The notes below the pieces were generated by a model. It worked only from the letters and a program-made list of their open reading frames with translations, searched no databases and was not told the DNA's origin. The position numbers and the translations under genes were made by a program. A stretch of 63,841 bases of DNA, filler included, from Octopus bimaculoides (Eukaryota), in NCBI RefSeq assembly GCF_001194135.2. It is 5 parts of 4 records of this genome, joined end to end, with 100 filler letters (N's around TTAATTAATTAA, not from the genome) between each part and the next. Parts side by side here need not be neighbours in the genome. Positions count along the whole stretch, not along the records: positions 9,263 to 40,086 come from NC_068984.1; 4 more parts are not named here. One strand, written 5' to 3'. Position 1 is the first letter of the stretch; each line of letters opens with the position of its first letter. Positions 24,799-37,945 of this stretch are shown in pieces.

Positions 24799-27720
24799 TT
24801 AGCTAGCTAGCTAGCTATATATAATGTACCAAACGCACATATATTAGAATTGTGTTGATTTAAAAGAAATATTGTGCAAGAAACCCCACAAAAGTAAAAT
24901 GAGACAAAAGCAGAACATTATTAGTGAAACAAGAATATATATTTTGTAATGCTGACAACTTTACAAGCGACGATAATGAAAGAAATCTTCTCGCAAAGGC
25001 ATGTCAAATATTTAGAAAGAGATAAAGGGAGACACACACAGTCGCACACCCATACACGTGTGTGTGTCTGTCGGTGGGGGTGGGGGGTTCATGAAAAGAA
25101 AAGAGCCGGATGGTTTGTGGCAAGCTCTGCTGAGAGTGAAGTGTATGCGATATAGATAATTCATTGGACAATTGAGAGCCTGGCAGATCTCCAGTTCCGA
25201 ACTATCATTTTATTTTCTTGTATTCATGGTTTTGTCATCCCTAATTATCTTTCTTGATTTTTTTTCCTCCTTACACTTCAAGAAGTTTAATGATCGAATT
25301 TATTCATCACAAGATGGCGCTTCAGGCGATTGAGCTGAATAGGCAATGTGAGTGATTATGTATCAGTCCTCTTTGGAATAGTTATGCTGAATATAGCTAA
25401 TTATGTTCTATATATTACAACAGAGGAAACAGAAGCTTTTGAGGAATTCATTTCATTGTTGATTTCCTGCTTTCACCCAGGTACAATATTTAATTCTAAG
25501 CTACGGAGGAATTGTGTTTTTGAAGATATATTTGTTCATATATATTTTTTGCAATTGGCTAGGCTTTCTTCAACGAGTAGTAATGACATACGGCCTTTCA
25601 TATGAGAGAAACATATAGTTTACTCGCTACTTGATTATTGGCAGTGTTTAGGCATATTTTTGCACGGAAACGCGAAAGAGAATAGATATAAATATACAAA
25701 ACTGAAAATTTTTAGGTGGGGTGTTGATGGTGGGAGATTGTCATAATAGGGTTTTCATCACAGAAATGAAGAACTGCTACGGCATCGGCTTGTATTTTTA
25801 GCCCTGTATTTTTAGTTCTTATAAAGTCACTGGAAAAATTTAAGTTACTAAAATACCCATGTTGCATATAACTAGGGATGGAGTGAGTTAAGCCCCTTTA
25901 AATGAAAGAAAGAAAGAGTGAGAGTGAGTGGGAGAATGAAAGTGAGTCTGGAAAAGAGCGTTGATGAATTGTGATGGTTTCTACAGTTTATAGATAATTT
26001 CTAATTTAGGCATAAGGCCACAGAAATATAGATAGATATTTAATGGTATTTATATTTATCGACCCCAAAGGGACGAAAGGCAAAGATGACTTCAGTGGGA
26101 TTTGAACTCTGAACATAAAGAGACGGAACATATTTTTTCTGAGTCCTTCGAACGATCATTTCGATGAAATGTAGAAAAGAATTAAGATACGACAATTATG
26201 TTTTCTAAACGTTGGAAGAAGAAATAAGACAGAACTATTCTGCATTGAACGTGAAACATACTTCAGTAACCAGTTGAATGGATTTTTTTACGTCACATAT
26301 TTCGTTGGCAGTAAGAGCTTTGGAATGACAGAATTGACATGTCTCTACTTTTTGAGTTCAAACACCACCGAAGTCGTACTGAAACCGATCTAATTGACTA
26401 TATCCCTACCTCACAAAAAAATCTGTAGCCGCGTCTCACAGTTAGAAATTAATATTTTGTTGCTGCCCTTAATGTTTAGACTTCGGTCAGCACATATTGA
26501 GCGGATCAATGATTAAAAAATTTATTTTATTCGTGACCATCTCTTCTTGTTTGTGCATTAGAGACAGCTATGTCCAATCTATCCTTTGTTTAAGGTGGTA
26601 GAATGTAATCAGTGGAAATTTAGTTGCTATTTATGACAGATCGAGCGAATATGCAAAGTTCTATCGTTGACTCATCTATATTTTATTGGAAGTGAGGGCG
26701 GTATAATAGCAGAATCAGCAGAGCGGCGAAGAAAATGTGTGTGGTACTTCAATACACCCTGCCAGGATCGTCTTCACTTTCACCTTTCTGGGATAAATAA
26801 AAATGAAGTATCTATCAATATAAATCGAACAAATTTCTATCTTTCAGCCTAATTTCAAACTCAATATTTCATTGCCACCTATTGATTAAATATGTAAAGG
26901 AGAAATTATAACCTTTCTCGATTCCAAACACCTTCCATTTGCTTGCGAGCTTGATTATTTTGGTAAATTCTGCACTGATTATACCGGGCCACGTGTATGA
27001 CGTTATATTTTCCCTTCATACTGTTTTGCTAACCATTATGAATGTTTATTATAGTACAAAATATGGGCCTTGTGCTCTCTCAATATATTTCGAGTTCTTT
27101 GTTTTTGGTACACTTTCCGGTGTAATTTTGAGAAAAACTGTTTCCAAGTTTTTGATTCATATTTAAAATAAATTTCATATTACTAAACAAACTTATTCAG
27201 CACGCCTGAATAGGTTCATGTTTTAATTTAATTTTCGCCTTTTGAAGGACTACTTACTTTTATTCAAAATTATATTTTCCTAGATTTTAACATTGTAAAT
27301 GTAGATGGTTGCCATTTTCTATCTAAAGGAATAAAAACAGGAATATTATGTTTCCGACAATTTTGAGCCGTCTATTTGTTTTCGCTTCTGTATAAAGAGG
27401 GTGGAGTTGGGGATGACTGACTCTATAGTGGCCGAACTCGCTTTTCTTCGATATAGGCTCAGTTATATAATATTTGTGTTTGTTTTTTGAAGAGCTTGGT
27501 TGCATTTAGCTATTATTATCTCATATTATTTGCTTATTTTCAGTGTGGGAAGGTGTTTTCTATTATTCTTTTCTGATTGCTTTAGTAGTAGTAATTTCTG
27601 CTATGTTTAAAACTGTTTCTGTTAGATTACCATTTGTGATTCCTATGTTTATTCTGTTGCGCTGTGTGTTATTCTGTTTGCTGGTAAGTTAGGGGAGAAA
27701 GAGCAAGTTATAAAAATGCA

Positions 27721-27786
<66 letters not shown>

Positions 27787-28005
27787 CAAATGATTGTTTG
27801 CGTGACCATTTTTGTTTTTGGTCTTTCGTAGTTTTCCATCTACATATCTTTGTTTTCGATTTCTCGTGAGAAATTCTTAGTTTATGTGCAAGATGTCCTT
27901 TATTCTGCTTTCAATGTGCAGTTAGGGCTCACAGATTTTGTGTATTGCTAAGTCTGTTGTAATATACAAACGTATATTTGGTTGTGCATCATTAGTTGTT
28001 TTATT

Positions 28006-28405
28006 ATAAATAGAAATAATACATTTCTAAATCTCTCAGAGAGATTTATGCCGTAGTGATACGATAAAGTAGTTGTATGCTGTCAACTTAATGTGACAGT
28101 CTCATGAAGGGAATAATACTGCTGCTATTTAGCCCTAGGAAGCTGCACCGCTTCTTGTCGGCCTTGACACATTTCCTGTGTCCTTATGTTTACAAGGGGG
28201 AGACAAGCACCTCCACCCAGCTAAGCCTGCAGTACGACTTCGGTGGTGTTTAGCTGGGTGGAGGTGCTTATCCCCCCTTGTAAACATAAGGACACAAGAA
28301 ATGCGTCAAGGCCGACAGGAAGCGGTGCAGCTTCCTAGGGCTAAATAGCAGTAGTATTATTCCCTTCATGGGACTGTCACATTAAGTTGACAGCATACAA
28401 CTACT
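28006..28405 (-). mobile_element. Palindrome-plus-tail insertion (family B, long copy)
   Basis: ~157-bp inverted arms (28068-~28224 and ~28250-28405). 62-nt tail 28006-28067 containing the hairpin TAAATCTCTC-A-GAGAGATTTA. Perfect 14-bp TSD TTAGTTGTTTTATT at 27992-28005 and 28406-28419. Confidence 0.85.
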
Positions 28406-29216
28406 TTAGTTGTTTTATTGTATTTTCAGAATGTATGTATTGCTATGTTCTTTACTTCCTACGATTTTTAAAAGTATTCCACCATGTACTTTTATAATTT
28501 TTTAAAAATGTAGTACCTCTTCGCACATTTCTTTGGATACAGGAGTTTTCTTCCATCTTTTTCTTCTTTTCTATCGTTTTTTTTTTCTTTAAAATTTACT
28601 TGAAATCATTAACATGTAAAAAATAATGAGTGTTGACGACTACAATGACGAAGAGAACATGAATATGGTAATGAACACGCCGATTATTCTGCCGATGAAG
28701 GTGGTGATCACGTGGTGCAACTAGTGCTACTGGTACTACTGCTGCTGATGACGAAGAGATTACGATGATGAGGAGGAGGGCAAATCGTTATAATGGTGGC
28801 GACGAAGAGGAAAATGAAAACGATATTTTTCTGTTTAAATATTGAATTATTCCATTTTTTGTCTAGTTACTTATTGATTCATTTGTTTATTTATTAATAT
28901 TTTAATATATAATTTAATAAATAACAACATTGGCAAATCGAACGACAGTTCTCAAAAGAAAACATAAATAATGCATAATCGTATGTGCATACCCACGCAT
29001 ATATTTCAAAATACACACACATACAGTTTTGTGAAAATATAGGTATGTAGATGTACCTTTCGCCCACTTGCTACATACATACATACATACATACATACAT
29101 ACATGCATGCATGCATACATACATACATATATTACATACATACATACATACATACATACACACACACACGCACACATATATATAGAAAGATAGATGGATA
29201 GATAGATAGAGATATA

Positions 29217-30010
29217 CAGCGTGTTCGGGCTAAATTCGTCAGTTTACATAAAAGGAAAAGAAAACAATATCCCGTTAAAAAAATAAAAGCATTTAAAAAA
29301 AATCACATAAATTATGGCTGAGAGATAACGGTATACTCGAAGTAGCCGTTCACAGCTTCCGACATGACTTCCAAATGGCTCCGAAACCTGGTGCATGTGT
29401 TTCTTTCTATACCACTGGGAAGATCCTCGAACGCATACTTGATCTTGGCCTCAAGCTCGGCCATGGTGTCGCAGGTAAAACGGTTGGTGTCTTTCTAAAC
29501 CGCACCCCACCCACATACAGTAATTCCTGGGATTACAATCGGGAGGATCAGCAGTCCAGAAATTAGGACTGGTGAAGTTGCGGATATTCTTCGACAGCCA
29601 CTTCTGACTCTTTCCGGAGGTTTGGTAAGGAACTTCAGTTCCTTACCCAACTTAGTTCCTTACCCACTGCAACACATATGGCCCTCCAGCAGCAACCATC
29701 ACCAACCTCAAATTGACCACAGTCTCCAGTAATTTCACATAGCCGTCTAAATTGAACCTAAGCCCCTATTCAAAGAATGAGGATGAATTCCAGCATGCAG
29801 ACTCAGTCAGAACACCAGCCATGTCCCTTCCTACTGGCCTTGGCTTTGTAGATTCCTTTTCAGCTGTCCGTGTCAGATCATACAAGTTTTAAAGCGTTCA
29901 CAGAACATTGGGCAACAGTCATAATGTTGGCGTTTTGGTGCCCTGAACGCATCATCATGATAGAGAGAACTAATTTTCAATATCCAGTCCTCCATGTCAG
30001 CTAACTGTTT
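29217..30010 (-). mobile_element. Degenerate Tc1/mariner-superfamily transposon (maT/rosa-like C-terminus)
   Basis: Minus strand gives GLRFNLDGYVKLLETVV..VAAGGPYVLQ and SQKWLSKNIRNFTSPNFWTADPPDCNPRNY..DTMAELEAKIKYAFEDLP. TA + CAGCGTGTTCGGGCTAAATTCG terminus at 29215-29238. Confidence 0.75.
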
Positions 30011-30508
30011 TTCAACTACAACTTATGCGATCAAACACCCTTGACTGTATACCAATGCATTATGTTGTTCCTGAAAAAAGGAGATATACATACATACATA
30101 CATACATGCATATATATATATATATATATANNNNNNNNNNNNNNNNNNNNNNNNNNNNNNNNNNNNNNNNNNNNNNNNNNNNNNNNNNNNNNNNNNNNNN
30201 NNNNNNNNNNNNNNNNNNNNNNNNNNNNNNNNNNNNNNNNNNNNNNNNNNNNNNNNNNNNNNNNNNNNNNNNNNNNNNNNNNNNNNNNNNNNNNNNNNNN
30301 NNNNNNNNNNNNNNNNNNNNNNNNNNNNNNNNNNNNNNNNNNNNNNNNNNNNNNNNNNNNNNNNNNNNNNNNNNNNNNNNNNNNNNNNNNNNNNNNNNNN
30401 NNNNNNNNNNNNNNNNNNNNNNNNNNNNNNNNNNNNNNNNNNNNNNNNNNNNNNNNNNNNNNNNNNNNNNNNNNNNNNNNNNNNNNNNNNNNNNNNNNNN
30501 NNNNNNNN

Positions 30509-30545
<37 letters not shown>

Positions 30546-30585
30546 CACACACAAACATACAAACACATACATGCACACACATATA

Positions 30586-31473
30586 TTGGGTCATCCCATA
30601 AATAATATGGTTTTTTCAACTGCATGAACTAAAAGTCGGAGGGTACAGGATAAACTACCAGCGTCAACTTGCTATAAAAGCAGGTAGCAATTTTACCTTG
30701 TCCTTATTCTTAGTGCAAGTTTTGAAGAGTGCTGTTCGATTTTAAGTTATTTTTTCAAACCTATAATGCAAGTGACCAAAAAGCATATTAGGCATATGTT
30801 GCTTTATGACTTCAATAAAGGCAACAACGTAACGGGAAGTGCGAGATATATCAATGCAGTATATGGGTATCGGACAATAAGCGTAAGCCAGTGTCAATGA
30901 TAGTTCCAGAGATTTGGAGCTGGAAACTACAGAGCTCGTCGAGGACGTCCTGTAAACACTGGTGGAACAAAATCCTATCGTAACTGTTGGAGAACTAGCA
31001 GAGAAGCTTGGATTTGGTCATTCAGCCAGTCATTCAAGTCAGCGTTAGAAGAAAAATGACTAACTTTGGTTTCAAGACGAAAGATGTTCTTCCATCAGGA
31101 TAATGCTCAGCCACACACGGTGGGGATACAATTCCAAAAGCTGGAGCAGTTTGAATGGGCAACAATTCTCCACCCACCATATTCGCTGGACATTGCCCCA
31201 TCTGATTATCATTTATTCTGCAGTCTTCAAAATCATTTGGACGGAAAATATATGAATGCTGTAGACATGGTCAGAACAGTACTGGAGGAATATTTTTCGT
31301 CATAGACAAGTGAACTTTGGAAAGGGGGACCTTGCAAGTCTACCAGATAGGTGGAAGAGCATTGTAGAAAATGAAAGAGAGTATATTTTAGATTAAAAAA
31401 GAACTTTGTTCATCTTAATTTCTGAAAAGTAAAAGAAGTATAAAAAAACCGCATTATTTATGGGATGACCCTG
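30586..31473 (+). mobile_element. Internally deleted mariner (DD34D) element
   Basis: TIRs TTGGGTCATCCCATAAATAAT / ATTATTTATGGGATGACCC. Retains FHQDNAQPH..HPPYSLDIAPSDYHLF. Lacks the WVPHEL and first catalytic D region present in the copy at 43601. Confidence 0.9.
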
Positions 31474-32879
31474 CTTATCAACCACATGGTTCTGGGTTCA
31501 GTCCCAATTCGTTGAACCTTGGGTAAGTGTCATCTACTATAGCATTAAATAAACAACGGTAGCTAAAAAACGTAGACGTAGGAAGACACAGAAGGCCTTC
31601 ATCATTTATCAACCGAATGGTAATACTTAGTTTCATGCTTTTAATGATAATACTGACAAATTTGCATATCGGTGACCATGTTGAGAAGTAGAAGTGTGAT
31701 CCACAGAGGACCAGCTTCATTTTGATGTATGATACATGTTCCTGTGTTGGTAATTATATCTGTCCTAAAAAAAACAGCATTCCCTTTTGGCTCACCCTCG
31801 TGTGTATATATATNNNNNNNNNNNNNNNNNNNNNNNNNNNNNNNNNNNNNNNNNNNNNNNNNNNNNNNNNNNNNNNNNNNNNNNNNNNNNNNNNNNNNNN
31901 NNNNNNNNNNNNNNNNNNNNNNNNNNNNNNNNNNNNNNNNNNNNNNNNNNNNNNNNNNNNNNNNNNNNNNNNNNNNNNNNNNNNNNNNNNNNNNNNNNNN
32001 NNNNNNNNNNNNNNNNNNNNNNNNNNNNNNNNNNNTATATATATATATATATATTGATATATGTATACATACATATGTATATACATACATACGTAAGTAC
32101 GTGTATGTGTGTGTATGTGCGTGCATGTAAGTTAGGGCAATTTATCATGTTAATGGCTGCGAATGAGACATTTATTAAACTTTCAATTATTTAGGAACAT
32201 TAAAATAGGAATTTAATACTTATTGCCAGAACTTTAGCCAACTATAAGTTGTAATATTCTTGTCATTGCGAGACACAAAGTTATAAAAAAGATAATCTGA
32301 ACAGCTCGGACTAATGCATCAATACTTGTTTGAAAGTAAATTTGAGCTTCTGCATATATAATAGACTACGTGTTTATGTTTCACTATATGTATACAGAAA
32401 TTATAAAATATGTATATAAAAATCATGTCCACACATGAATAGTGTAGGTAATAACATTTGTATACATGTGGTCGATGTTCATCTATGCATACTTCTCTAT
32501 ATGTATATACGAATGCATGTATATATATATATAATAAAGTTGATAAAAGAAAATGGAGAAGACAAAATATAATAGATACTTGGTTCATTTTATTTGTATC
32601 ACAATGGAAAAGTAATGCAAAGTGAAAGAGATATATCTATATGAAAAATTATAAAAGGAACCGGATCAACAAAACAACCAAAAAATATTGAGCAACTTTC
32701 TTTCAATATATTTTGAAAATTGAATCACCCCAGAGGTCATTCACTAAAAGAATTAAGGGGATGACTGATCTCGCTTATTGGGACCGCTTTAAGGCATTGA
32801 AACTCTATATATTTGATCAAGCTAGTTGGCATCTGGATTGTTATTAACAATCCCTTACGAGGAAATTGCATCATCAAAT

Positions 32880-34212
32880 TGTAGCCATGTCTAACTTAAT
32901 AGCACCATGTGATAGGATTAGCTAAATCCTTTTTTAAAGTCAAGTTTGGTGGTATCATGGTCCATTCGAGTAGGGAGTTCTTGTTGAGTGAGTTGTGTCC
33001 AGGTATAGGTGGTTTATCCGGTATTCCTTGAAGAAATTTGTCGAGATTCCGTTTAAAGGTGATAGGATCCTTTTCCATTTTGATCTGTTTCGGGACAATG
33101 TTAAAAAGGGTAGGGCCTGTTGAGGAAAAGAAATTGTATTGCAGTGTATTTATGTGTTGTGAACCTGAATTGGGTAGTGGACATATGACTCGAGATCCTA
33201 GCCTTGAATGAATTTTGAAGCCAATGTTGAGGTTGTTTGGGTAATGCTGGTGGTAACTTGAAAATGATGTATCGCTCATGGCGGCGCTGGAGAGAATAGA
33301 GTTTCAATGCTTTAAGGCGGTCCCAATAAGTGAGATCAGTCATGCCCCTAATTCTTTTAGTGAATGACCTTTGGGGTGACTCAATTTTCAAAAAGCTTTG
33401 TGTTGTATGGGGAGAATTCATGGTGCAGCAGTACTCGAGGTGTCGCTGTACAAAGGAGGAGAAAGGTTCAAAGGATCCAGGCGCTCATCCTACGAGCTAC
33501 ATTGACCTTATTGTTGATTTGGGCACTCCAGCTGAGATTGTTATCAACAATTACTCCTAGGTCTCTGATATTATTAGATGCTGTGAGTAGTTCCTCTGAA
33601 GGAAGAGAGTACGGCTGTTTTAGCATAGTCTTTCTTCCAAAATGCATCAGCTCAAATTTTCCCTCGTTTAGTTGCATTCTATTTTTGTCTACCCATTGAC
33701 TCACAGCATGTAGATCAAACTGGAGTTCAGTTCCGTCTTCTTCTTCATTGATAATTTTCTGGAGTTTAGTATCAACAGCGAATATTTTCACTTTGCTGTG
33801 TTTTATGACGTTGGACAGGTCGTTCATATAGGCTGTAAAGAGGAGTGGGCCCAAAACAGTACTCTGAGGGACACCACTTGTGACTTTTGCTGGGCTCGAG
33901 TAGATTCCACCGATCACAACACGCTGTGTTCTGAAGTAGTTGTATGCTGTCAACTTAATGTGACAGTGCCCTGAAGGGAATAATACTACTGTTGGTTAGA
34001 CCTAGGAAGCTGCACCGCTTCCTAGGTCTAACCAACAGTAGTATTATTCCCTTCAGGGGACTGTCACATTAAGTTGACGGCATACAACTACTTCATCGTA
34101 TCACTGCTGCATAAATCTCTCTGAGAGATTTAGAAATGTATTATTTCTAAATGTTGTGTTCTGTTTTCTAGGAAATACCCAATCCAGTGCAGTAGCTTTT
34201 CACGGACATACA
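32880..34212 (-). mobile_element. CR1/L2-clade LINE 3' fragment (RT C-terminus), interrupted by family B palindrome at 33934-34152
   Basis: KLLHWIGYFLENRTQ | RVVIGG..SGVPQSTVLGPLLFTAYMNDL..KIFAVDTKL (YADD-like motif mutated)..LYSLQRRHERY..DKFLQGIPDKP. Frameshifted. Confidence 0.9.
33934..34152 (+). mobile_element. Palindrome-plus-tail insertion (family B, short copy)
   Basis: 77-bp arms 33934-34010 and 34017-34093 with loop TGCACC. 59-nt tail carrying the same mini-hairpin as the long copy. TSD G(C/T)TGTGTTCTG at 33923-33933 and 34153-34163, duplicating LINE codons R-T-Q. Confidence 0.85.
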
Positions 34213-34652
34213 TACGTACACACACACACGAACACACACAGACACACACACACACACACATACATACTTATATTATATATATATATACACACACACACAC
34301 GTCCTACCACTTCAAATATTCACTCCACGTCTTTCAGCATATAGGCATGATAACTTTTGTGCCCTTAAGCATATATATATATATATATATATATATAAGA
34401 ATCAGAACAATTTTTAGCCACGGGGAAGCACTTATCTAATGACTGACAAGGGTGACAAGCTTCCTATACATATATATATATATACATGCATACGCCTAGC
34501 TATCTGTCTATCTATCTAGCTATCTATGTCTGTCTGTCTGCCTGTCTATCTGCCTGTCTGTCTGTCTATCTCTCTATAAATAAATAAATGTATATATATT
34601 TGAAAAACTATTTTGCTAAACCTTTGAAAAATCAGTATATACATATGTATGC

Positions 34653-34695
<43 letters not shown>

Positions 34696-35254
34696 CACAC
34701 AGTGTGAAGGGGAGTTGATAAAACGGAAGAGTAGCGCAGAAAAGACTTTAGTTAAAGAAACTAATCACCAATCAAAATCGTTATTTTCACAAATATTCAG
34801 ATTTAAATTTAAATCCATTTTTTAAAATCTATTTTTCTCTAACAATTTAAAACGTTTTTCATAAAGTTATATATGAAAATTCTGTTGGTTTGTTTAAACT
34901 ATTAGACACCTTGAAGGTCGCTTATTGTAATCACGAATAAAACCCTCAGCCGGTTATTGGAAAATAATTCAGGACATTATAACCAATGGGACACTATAAC
35001 TTAGGAGTACTTCCTAGGTATTGATTCCCGAATCTGGAAATGCCTAGTTTCTTGTCAGTTTGATGTTTTCAAGCCACTCACAAATTGTCTCACGTAATTT
35101 CCGATTGCATAATTTCTGATTTATTCTCATCGCTCAGTATTATAGATTCGGGTTGATCCAAAGCCATGTGTATAAAATTTTATTGGCGGGAAATAAAAAT
35201 GCATAGAAGCTCGTGGAATTCACAGGAGCAGGGGTTAGTGTAATCACAGAGTCA

Positions 35255-35560
35255 GAGTTGGTATGTGACCCAGGAATCTATACGAATTATGATGCATCAT
35301 TTCATGTGCATATTACTAAGACGGCAACACTATTCAGGCGAACAGCTGGTAGAATTCTGAGATCCTCCAGAGCAAGAAAGGGAATAGAATGCTCCCCTAT
35401 GGGGAACATTTGTTCTTCGTCGCCTAGATTATTACTCCCAGATGTGGTTGCCACAAAGCGTCAAACAGCTGAAGTCGTGGTAATCCAATGCCACTACACA
35501 CAGTTGCAACAGATGAGCTACTGGGAAAGGTAGAGAAAACCAGAGGTTCTTCTCCCTGAA
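35255..35560 (+). mobile_element. CR1-like LINE fragment
   Basis: DPGIYTNYDASFHVHITKT..GRILRS.., frameshifted RLDYYSQMW, and QMSYWER. Same region type as 33300-33600. Confidence 0.65.
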
Positions 35561-35740
35561 GAGAAGGTGCAATATGCAGTGATATATATATATGTATATA
35601 CATACATACATACATACATACATACACACACATACATACAAACAGCTGTAAGACTAACTTTCTCTTTATAAATGTCCTGAAAACTCTACACAGTCTTGGC
35701 TTTGTTGTCTCATTTTGTTTAACACACACACATATGTGTG

Positions 35741-35778
<38 letters not shown>

Positions 35779-36551
35779 CATGTGTGTGCGAGCAGGCATG
35801 CGTATGTATGTATGTATGTATGTATGTATGTATGTATGTATGTATGTATGTATATATANNNNNNNNNNNNNNNNNNNNNNNNNNNNNNNNNNNNNNNNNN
35901 NNNNNNNNNNNNNNNNNNNNNNNNNNNNNNNNNNNNNNNNNNNNNNNNNNNNNNNNNNNNNNNNNNNNNNNNNNNNNNNNNNNNATATATATATATATAT
36001 ATATACTTTCACACTCACAGGTACACACTCTAATACATACATACATACATATTTGTAGATGCATGGATATATATAAATCTCTGTGTGTGCGTAGGGTGTG
36101 TCTATGTGAGTGTGTATGTGTGTGCACGTGTCCGAGTTTGTGGTGTAAATATGCATTTATAACTTCTCTCATAATTGTTCATCTGAAATGTAAATACCAC
36201 AGAAGCTTATAGCAAATAATTTGTCATGGAAGTCACTAAATGCAAGAGACAATTGTTTTCCATTTCTAGTGTGTGGTGCCTTTGCACGATGTTCAAGTCC
36301 CACATTGGTATACTATCAAATCTTTAAACGTAGGTCGTTTCTAAAACGATGCCAGTAAGATAACATAGTCGTTTAGAGCCGTTTCATGACCGGTTAGAAA
36401 TAAAACGGATTTGTTGAATAAGAAGAGTAAACGATAATGTTTGGGGCAAAATAAAATGGAAGGTAAAGCGAAGACTGAGAAAAAGAGAAAGAAAATGTTT
36501 AACAAAAGGAACAATTATAAAGTATACAAGAAAGAAAACTGTAAAGACAGA

Positions 36552-36617
<66 letters not shown>

Positions 36618-37866
36618 TAACTGAACGAAGAAAAGACGGAAATAAAGAAGGAAGAAAGCAACTGAGGAAAACTGAGAAAAAGACAAAGAAAGACAGAAAG
36701 ATACAGAAAAAGGCAGACAAATAGTAGCATAGAGTCGAGAGAGAGAAAGAGAATGAGATAATAACAGTTATATTTATATATGGCCATTTTGTATTTTCGT
36801 GACAGAAACTTTACTACGTTCAAAGTACAGTCACGACTTTAAGTCTTGAGGAGTGCAATTAGATTTTTAATGCTTACACGACTGGCACTATTTGTTGTAA
36901 GCACGAATGGTTTCGACTCGATTACAATGGACTCTTACGCCATCATTGTTTGCATAGGTTTTGTCACCAAACTCGATACCAAGACATTCTTAGTTACTAT
37001 ATGAAGGAAAGACAACTTCCTCTATCTTTTTCCCTCTCTGTCTCTTTTTATCTTCGCCTCTCTCTGTCTGTTCCCCCTCTTTCTGTTTCTTTACTCTTTC
37101 TTCCAGTTTCACACATTTCGTAGTTTGTTTATATCTATTTCTCCTGACAACTCATAAAAACTTTCTCTTTTCTTTTCTTAAAATCTCACATTTATTCGCC
37201 TTTTATCTTACACCTACTCTCTCTCTCTCTTTAGCTATCACTGTCTGGAATATAAACCACTTCTCTCTCTCAGCATTCATTTCAATCTCACCTACTCTCC
37301 ACCACCACCACCATCCTACAAACAAAACTAATCTTCCCCATTTTCTAATCTCGCGCTCTGCCACCTCCTGACGGTCCTTTTTAAAAAAAGAAGTTTTCAT
37401 CCTTTCGTGAAATGTCTTGAATATTTTCATCATTATTTTACATCCACCTTAATGTTGTATAATTAGAAGTGCTTGTTTATAGCTTCTGCTGATACACTAT
37501 TTTATATTTCATGTAAACAAATAGCTAAATTATTAAATATCTTTTAATTAACAAATCTGTATACACGTGGCAAGTAAATACATAGAAAAGTATTGGTATG
37601 CTGGGTTATTATATACACTTTAATTGATTTATATCATGCGTACATTTATACACACACAGACGCCCGTATACATATATAAACAGAAGTACAGATGCAGGTG
37701 TATTCACACATACACAAAGACATAGACATAAACACACACACACACACACGCACACACACACACATACACACACACACACGTGCATGTATGTATATACATA
37801 TATATATGCATGTTTGCGTATATATGTGTGAGTGTGTGCTTATGTATGTACATATATGTATGCATA

Positions 37867-37945
<79 letters not shown>

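Noticed and set aside
28006-28067. Helitron interpretation of the tail hairpin plus CTA end of family B
   Set aside because: Helitrons do not make TSDs, and both copies have 11-14-bp TSDs.
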